From Minisyncoccia bacterium (lineage in GTDB: Bacteria > Patescibacteriota > Minisyncoccia > Phycocordibacterales > UBA918), in contig JBKBPM010000001.1 of NCBI GenBank assembly GCA_046293175.1, forward strand, positions 235,446 through 299,445: 64,000 nt of DNA. The letters are read 5' to 3'. Each line of letters begins with the position of its first letter. The stretch's first letter is position 1. The notes beneath the pieces are model-generated. The model did no database searches, was not told the DNA's origin, and was given only the letters and a program-made list of their open reading frames with translations. Below, piece by piece: positions 58,461 to 64,000 of the stretch. The translations under genes were made by a program, and so were the position numbers.

Positions 58461-60038
58461 CTACAAAATAACTGGGAGGAAGAATTCGAAGCGGGAGCCG
58501 TGGCCTTCACCGTCAGAGTGAGCGATGACATCGCCGCCCATCGCACGGGCCATCTCACGGGCGACGAAGAGGCCGAGGCCAGTACCCTTAATGTTGACCG
58601 TGTTGGCATTTTTGGCTCGGGAGAACTTCTCAAATAGTGAGTGAATGGTGTCGTTACTCATACCAATACCGGTGTCGATGATGTCGACAATAATCTTTTT
58701 ACTGCGTATGTCGTCATGTACAAAGACAGTAACAGTTCCCTTTGGGGTGTATTTAAGTGAATTATTAATGAGGTTGTGGAGGATCTGTTGAGTCTTCCCT
58801 TTGTCGGCATGGACGAGACCTTGGCTGGTAAGTTCAGACTTGAAGAGCAATAAGAGACCTTTCTTAAATCCTTCGGGACGGAGGTCATCGGTGATATTTT
58901 CGGCCAAATCGCGCAGATTGAAGTCAGCCAGTTCATACTTCATGTTTCCACCTTCGATACGAGATACGCTCAGGAAGTCTTCTACTGATTCGTTCATCAT
59001 CTTGGCAGAGTCAGCGATGCGTTCGAGCGGTTCCCTCATTTTCTCATCTACTTTTCCAAAGCTTCCTTCAACCAACATCGAGGCGTAACCACGAATAGCA
59101 GCGAGTGGACTGCGGAGCTGGTGTGATGCTACAGAGACGAATTCAGACTTCTGCTTATCAAGCTCACGCAGTCGAGCATTGGCTTTTTCGAGACCCTTGG
59201 CTAGTTCTTCAATGTCATCCTTCGATTTTTCAATTTTGCGGCTATGCCTACGAGAGGCGAATATTATTACCAAAGTAAGGGCTGTAATAACAAAACCAAG
59301 AAATACGATGTAGATAACAAATGGACGAAGGGTCTGAGTGGTAATCTCAAAGAAGTCGTCCGCTTTGATGTCGGTGGCAAGAATCGCCACGATATTACCC
59401 TGTGCATCTTTAATTGGTGCGTAACCGGTGAGAACAGTCCCGTATTCGTCACTATACAAATCTGCACTGGTTAGCGGTCCGTCATAGGCTGCAAATGCCT
59501 CAGGAATATCAACCGCTTCGGGATACGGCTGTCCTGGCCACTGGAGTTTATCAGGACCTTCAGGTTCTATGATACCGTCACGATTTACGTCGACATTAAT
59601 CCGCGGATCAATAGTGTCGTTTGCGTAGGGATTAATTGAGTCTGCATCAGCGACAAACTCCATTTGGGTTGGATCTTCAGCGGTCTTGCGGAAGATATAC
59701 ATGAAAACTACGTCATCATTACTATATTTTGAGTTGTTGAGTTTTGTAACAACTTTCCTCCATTCAGGTTTTTGCCAGTCCGATTCTGTTCGCAATTGTG
59801 CGAGATCCTCCCCTTCAATGTTGGCGGCAGTAGTGATGGAAATAGTGAGAATTCTTTCTCGAAGGTTTTCTGTTAGCAAATCAACTGTTCGATTGTAGAG
59901 TACTTGTGAAGATACCACTAGTACATTTACAGCAATAAAAAGCACAAAAATACCAATCCATAATGGATACTTACGACTGGTTTGATTTTTGTCTTTTGCT
60001 TTCACGTTTTTATCTTTCAATGTACTACCATTATACAT
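58461..60038 (-). CDS. Membrane sensor histidine kinase (Cache-like sensor, HisKA, HATPase)
   Basis: Two TMs, SHQLRSPL, NLINNSLKYT, DTGIG, GTGLGL. Confidence 0.95.
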   Translation of the reverse strand: MYNGSTLKDKNVKAKDKNQTSRKYPLWIGIFVLFIAVNVLVVSSQVLYNRTVDLLTENLRERILTISITTAANIEGEDLAQLRTESDWQKPEWRKVVTKLNNSKYSNDDVVFMYIFRKTAEDPTQMEFVADADSINPYANDTIDPRINVDVNRDGIIEPEGPDKLQWPGQPYPEAVDIPEAFAAYDGPLTSADLYSDEYGTVLTGYAPIKDAQGNIVAILATDIKADDFFEITTQTLRPFVIYIVFLGFVITALTLVIIFASRRHSRKIEKSKDDIEELAKGLEKANARLRELDKQKSEFVSVASHQLRSPLAAIRGYASMLVEGSFGKVDEKMREPLERIADSAKMMNESVEDFLSVSRIEGGNMKYELADFNLRDLAENITDDLRPEGFKKGLLLLFKSELTSQGLVHADKGKTQQILHNLINNSLKYTPKGTVTVFVHDDIRSKKIIVDIIDTGIGMSNDTIHSLFEKFSRAKNANTVNIKGTGLGLFVAREMARAMGGDVIAHSDGEGHGSRFEFFLPVIL

Positions 60039-61911
60039 CAATCAATTTGCAGATTTGCGCTTGATCCACTTCTTGAATAAATTGAGCGAGTCGTGGTCCA
60101 GAATCTTTTCCAAAAAGCAATTGGTAGACGAGTCGGAAAAACTTAAACTGCAGTTTTCTATTTTCGGCTTTTGAAGCGTTGGGATCAGCTGGTAAGGCGT
60201 AGAGTTTCGTAGAGAAGTCTAATGGTTCTAAATGTATTGACGTTTCAATAAATCTTTTAAGTTTCCGTACCAAATCGACTTCCTCGATACTTAATTTTGT
60301 AATAAATGTCGCATTTGGCACTTCCAGTAGTGTGTAGATTTGCTCTGGATCAAGTTTTGTATAGCGCTTTTTGTTGTCTTCCAATCCCTCACGATCGAGA
60401 TATGCGTATTCCGTCAAACTGGTAGTATTACCCTCGTCGTCATTTTCAGTAAATTGTGTTTTTAGACGCATTAATTTCTGTACATCTTTGTACACTAATT
60501 CACAATCATCAGCCAAAAATCTTTTTCTTTTTTCGAGTTCAGATTTTGTTAAGAGTGGTTTGGCTACCCATTCAAAAATATCACGTTGCGGTAATGTGGC
60601 TTTTGGAGTCACTACCCCATTAATACTGATGCTTGATGCCCCATAACCATTACCACCATATGGTTGTGTACCACGCTCATAGCCATACATATGCAAATGC
60701 GCATTATGTAAAAATGAACTTTTTTCATGCAGCACCCTACCTGCCACCTTGGTGTTCATAAACTTTTTTACGTACTTACTGGTTCCATATACCGTAATAT
60801 ACATAGCGTTTAGGGCATATCGTGGATCTTCAAAATAGATAGCCAAATCACTATCGTCATCATACTTTTGCACAATTAAAGCTGGCGCAAAAAGTTCATC
60901 AAAATTCGCACCTGCACGAAGTGGTTTGTTGATGATAGTCGGTTCAAGAATAGCGTCATAGGCTCGGATGATTCCCGGTGTCGTGGGGTCAAGCCATTCA
61001 CGGTTATCTATGAGGATACCTTGAATGCGAACCAAGTCATTTGGGTCGCTAACTGGTCCAACTCGGCACTTCCTATCGCGGTAGTCACCAACTCTTACGG
61101 TGCGGATTTCGTCACGCAATATTCGCATAAACTCATTAAAGATGTTTTTATGCACCATGATTGAGTTTGGCGAGGCACAGTCTTGGCCTTGATTGTAAAA
61201 CTTCAGCATGATAGCAGCCTCCACTGCTTTATTGATATCAGCATCTTCGCTCACAACGATAGGGTTGTGACCAGCTCCGTTTGTGATAAATAAGGTGCGC
61301 TGATCAAACACATTTCGTAGCTGGTCTGCGTGAACAGGGGTACCGGTGAAAATAACCACCTCAGTAACTGGCCATGCTTCTTTTGTGTCAGGATCAACCC
61401 GCAGTGCACTTCTTTCCTTCAAGAAATCCTGTCGCTGCTTGATTGATACTTTGACGTTTGGGAATCGCTTGTTTACTTCAAGTAGTGCGAGCAACTTCGG
61501 GAAGAAGTGTGTCATGCTCTGTGGTATTCGAAAATGCACCTCACTCGCCATGAGTGATGGGACCAACACAAAACAAGATAATGCGTACAGGGGTTGATTT
61601 CGAGGCAAAAATGACGCAACGGCACCGATTCTTAACTTAAAATATTCTTCGTTTTCTTTTAGGTGCCGAAGGAGATCAAAGGTTCGACTGATTTCATCCG
61701 TTACCACTTCATAGCTTTCGTATTCAAGGAGTATATGGGCAAGCTCCTCATACTTTGCTTCGAGATGGTCAACCAAATCGTTAGCCTGTTTGTTGATAGC
61801 CACAAAATCAATCTTTGAGTATGGTGAGTAATCCAAACAGACAGTTGGTGTTACTATTTCTTTCGACACTTTTTTCTTCTGCGCAGTCAAACGTTTTTTT
61901 GTTTCAGCCAT
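60031..61911 (-). CDS. Aldehyde dehydrogenase-fold protein fused to a class I LysRS-like anticodon-binding domain
   Basis: PRNQP, IFTGT, NQGQDCASP, DELFAP; C-terminus FFRLVYQLLFGKDSGPRLAQFI. Confidence 0.8.
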   Translation of the reverse strand: MAETKKRLTAQKKKVSKEIVTPTVCLDYSPYSKIDFVAINKQANDLVDHLEAKYEELAHILLEYESYEVVTDEISRTFDLLRHLKENEEYFKLRIGAVASFLPRNQPLYALSCFVLVPSLMASEVHFRIPQSMTHFFPKLLALLEVNKRFPNVKVSIKQRQDFLKERSALRVDPDTKEAWPVTEVVIFTGTPVHADQLRNVFDQRTLFITNGAGHNPIVVSEDADINKAVEAAIMLKFYNQGQDCASPNSIMVHKNIFNEFMRILRDEIRTVRVGDYRDRKCRVGPVSDPNDLVRIQGILIDNREWLDPTTPGIIRAYDAILEPTIINKPLRAGANFDELFAPALIVQKYDDDSDLAIYFEDPRYALNAMYITVYGTSKYVKKFMNTKVAGRVLHEKSSFLHNAHLHMYGYERGTQPYGGNGYGASSISINGVVTPKATLPQRDIFEWVAKPLLTKSELEKRKRFLADDCELVYKDVQKLMRLKTQFTENDDEGNTTSLTEYAYLDREGLEDNKKRYTKLDPEQIYTLLEVPNATFITKLSIEEVDLVRKLKRFIETSIHLEPLDFSTKLYALPADPNASKAENRKLQFKFFRLVYQLLFGKDSGPRLAQFIQEVDQAQICKLIDV

Positions 61912-61990
61912 AGTATCTTACTATTAAAATACGGTTAAAAATGCTTAGTGTCAATGCTATTTTTTGGATAAATAAAAGAAAAGTACCGCA

Positions 61991-62677
61991 TCACGAGAAT
62001 GCGGTACCGAGGATGATCGCGAGGACCACCGCGAGATGTGTGACCGTGTAGATGATTGGTCCCACGATGGTTGTCAGCGTGCGAACACGCAGCCAGCCAC
62101 TTACTGCCTGAAGAGCGAAGGCAATCGTCCAGATCACCCAGGCCCAGAACGGCTCACCAGCCGGATCTTCCAAGGTCTCCCGAAACAGTGGGTAGACAGC
62201 GGCAATGGGACCGAACTGAGAAAACCAGACTGCCCAACGTGATCCATAACGCTTGTGTGTTACTTGCCAGAAGCCAAGTGAGATGACTGCGAAGCCTGTA
62301 ACAAACCAGTCGATAGGCTTAACTTCGTCGAAGACTACGCCGATCCCACCGCGACTCAGCTCAAAGATGAGATACGCAGACACGATCGTAACGCCGATCA
62401 TCGAGACAGCCTCGGTCGCCCAAACGGACTTATGCCCTCCTTCTGCGGCATTGTCCTTCTCCAGGTAGTGAACGATTATCAAAAGACTCGTGAAAGTCTC
62501 GATAAACCAGAACCACCAGGACAAGGGATTCGTGTCGAGGGCGGCGCCCGTCAGCATCGGGGTGCAGTACACCACGAAGCCAAGGGCGTTCAGACCAGCG
62601 GCAGTCCATCCAAGGACCGCCCCCAATCTATATTTGCGCGACTCCGCTAGTGGGAGTCCGTCAGCCACAAGTGCCAT
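61991..62677 (-). CDS. Multi-pass (about 7 TM) membrane protein
   Basis: Hydrophobic segments with repeated P..W..W motifs; SD and own promoter. Confidence 0.7.
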   Translation of the reverse strand: MALVADGLPLAESRKYRLGAVLGWTAAGLNALGFVVYCTPMLTGAALDTNPLSWWFWFIETFTSLLIIVHYLEKDNAAEGGHKSVWATEAVSMIGVTIVSAYLIFELSRGGIGVVFDEVKPIDWFVTGFAVISLGFWQVTHKRYGSRWAVWFSQFGPIAAVYPLFRETLEDPAGEPFWAWVIWTIAFALQAVSGWLRVRTLTTIVGPIIYTVTHLAVVLAIILGTAFS

Positions 62678-62893
62678 TTTTGGCCTCCCATTTCATCGGT
62701 TCTCAAGGAACCACCGAACTCCATTATAGCACAAAATGACCTAAAAGTAAAGGTATTTGGGGAAAAGTTTAGGAAAATGGCCCTAGGAATCGATATTTTA
62801 GAGGTTTTTACCTAGTTAAGATAGAGAAAAACGAGTGGGAGAAGGAGCCACCAGAAGAAGTACTCTTTGGGTGAGAAGATGGCTTGGATGGGA

Positions 62894-64000
62894 CTACTCT
62901 CCTCCTTTGGGTAAAGCCAGGAACTCGCCAATTGCCTCAGGTGAGAAGAGCTCCTGATAGATTTCATTAAGGTATGCAGCTGATACTGTGTTTTGGAGCC
63001 AGTTTTTATAATCTGCTTCAGTGACAACCTGTCCAGTGTAGCTCATGCTCATCATCGCAGCATCAAGACGGCTTGTGAGAGTTTCAAGATCGAAGTTGGT
63101 CTGGAGTAGTAGTCGCTTTTGGGTAGCTGCGACGTGGGTTTCGTTCGTTACTGTTTTTGCAATTCGTTCTGGTAATTCTGCTCTGATTGTCGATACAACT
63201 TCTGATGTTGAGAGAGGGATTTTAATTGTCCAAATGAGTCGGTTATTATCAAAATCCATTTCGTACTCTAGCCCGTACGACCAGCCATTTTCGTGCCGAA
63301 TCCAGTTTGTGAGTGTGCCGAAGTCTTCGTGTGTAAGTAAGTGTAGAATAAAATCAACCGCCCACATTCTTTCAAGGCTGAAGTGAGTGCTGATGCCTCC
63401 AATATGATAGATGCTCGCATCAATTTCTGAAGTGGTGAATTCGTGAAATGATTGTTGTTGCCAACAAGGGATTTGGAACTTAGGCAGCAGAACACGTTCC
63501 CTATTTGCTAGGGGAAGAACTGAAAGTTGTGTAATAAGAGTATCGAGATCAAAAGTTCCTGCTACAAATATTTTAATTGGTTGGTTGAAGTAGTTTTTGT
63601 GCGCTACTTGCAGCTTCTCTTGAGTAATAGCATCGAGACTTTCATCACTCCCAAATAGCTGTTCACGAGAATAGTACTGTTTATTCATCCATTTGGTATA
63701 GGCATAATGTGATAGCTCGTCTTCTCCAGGAAAGTATTTACGTTGAAGACGTTCATTTTTAATAATACCTTGCTGCAAAGCAATATCATCGGTATTAAAC
63801 ACCGGGGAGACGATGTGATTGAGAAAAGCCGGAAAAGTTGTTGCAAAGGTCTCAGCAGGTGCTTCAAAGTTATAATCCGTTATCAACGGACCTGTCCAGG
63901 CATTAAAACTAGAGCCAGTAACAGAAAGGATTTCCTGATACGCTTTTTTATCAGGGTAGATCACTGAGCGCTCAAAACACATGTGTTCAATAAAATGAAA
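62894..64000 (-). CDS. M16 (insulinase-like) metallopeptidase, 5' end outside window
   Basis: HFIEH (HxxEH) at the window edge, NAWT, IRHENGWSY. Confidence 0.88.
   Translation of the reverse strand, partial: FHFIEHMCFERSVIYPDKKAYQEILSVTGSSFNAWTGPLITDYNFEAPAETFATTFPAFLNHIVSPVFNTDDIALQQGIIKNERLQRKYFPGEDELSHYAYTKWMNKQYYSREQLFGSDESLDAITQEKLQVAHKNYFNQPIKIFVAGTFDLDTLITQLSVLPLANRERVLLPKFQIPCWQQQSFHEFTTSEIDASIYHIGGISTHFSLERMWAVDFILHLLTHEDFGTLTNWIRHENGWSYGLEYEMDFDNNRLIWTIKIPLSTSEVVSTIRAELPERIAKTVTNETHVAATQKRLLLQTNFDLETLTSRLDAAMMSMSYTGQVVTEADYKNWLQNTVSAAYLNEIYQELFSPEAIGEFLALPKGGE

Overview
A 64-kb chromosomal segment that most resembles a Patescibacteria/CPR (Parcubacteria-like) bacterium. This is inferred from the split, reduced dcw cluster, short housekeeping proteins, archaeal-type short AspRS, many apparently leaderless genes and numerous orphans. 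The standard code is used (TGA terminates genes). It carries cell-wall/division genes (mraZ, rsmH, ftsL-like, ftsI, murF; mraY, ftsW, murG, M23 and S11 peptidases), translation genes (truB, rplU, rplI, rpmA, cysS, gltX, aspS, trpS, tRNA-Glu), DNA genes (PIF1-like helicase, rmuC, recR, dnaB, ung, xer, scpA/B) and several pseudogenes. Four things stand out. (1) A minimal transcriptional T-box riboswitch before aspS has an ultrashort K-turn Stem I with the Asp codon GAC in its apical loop, no Stem II, and a UGGC bulge matching discriminator G73. (2) An aldehyde-dehydrogenase-fold protein lacking the general-base Glu is fused to a class I LysRS-type anticodon-binding domain and coupled to a histidine kinase. 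(3) Seven sequence-divergent but structurally conserved ERIC-like palindromes of about 125-158 bp mostly start at stop codons. (4) There is an orphan ~150-nt ncRNA with its own promoter and terminator, plus scrambled tRNA-Glu fragments and structured DNA around the tRNA. All calls were made by eye; no database searches were run.
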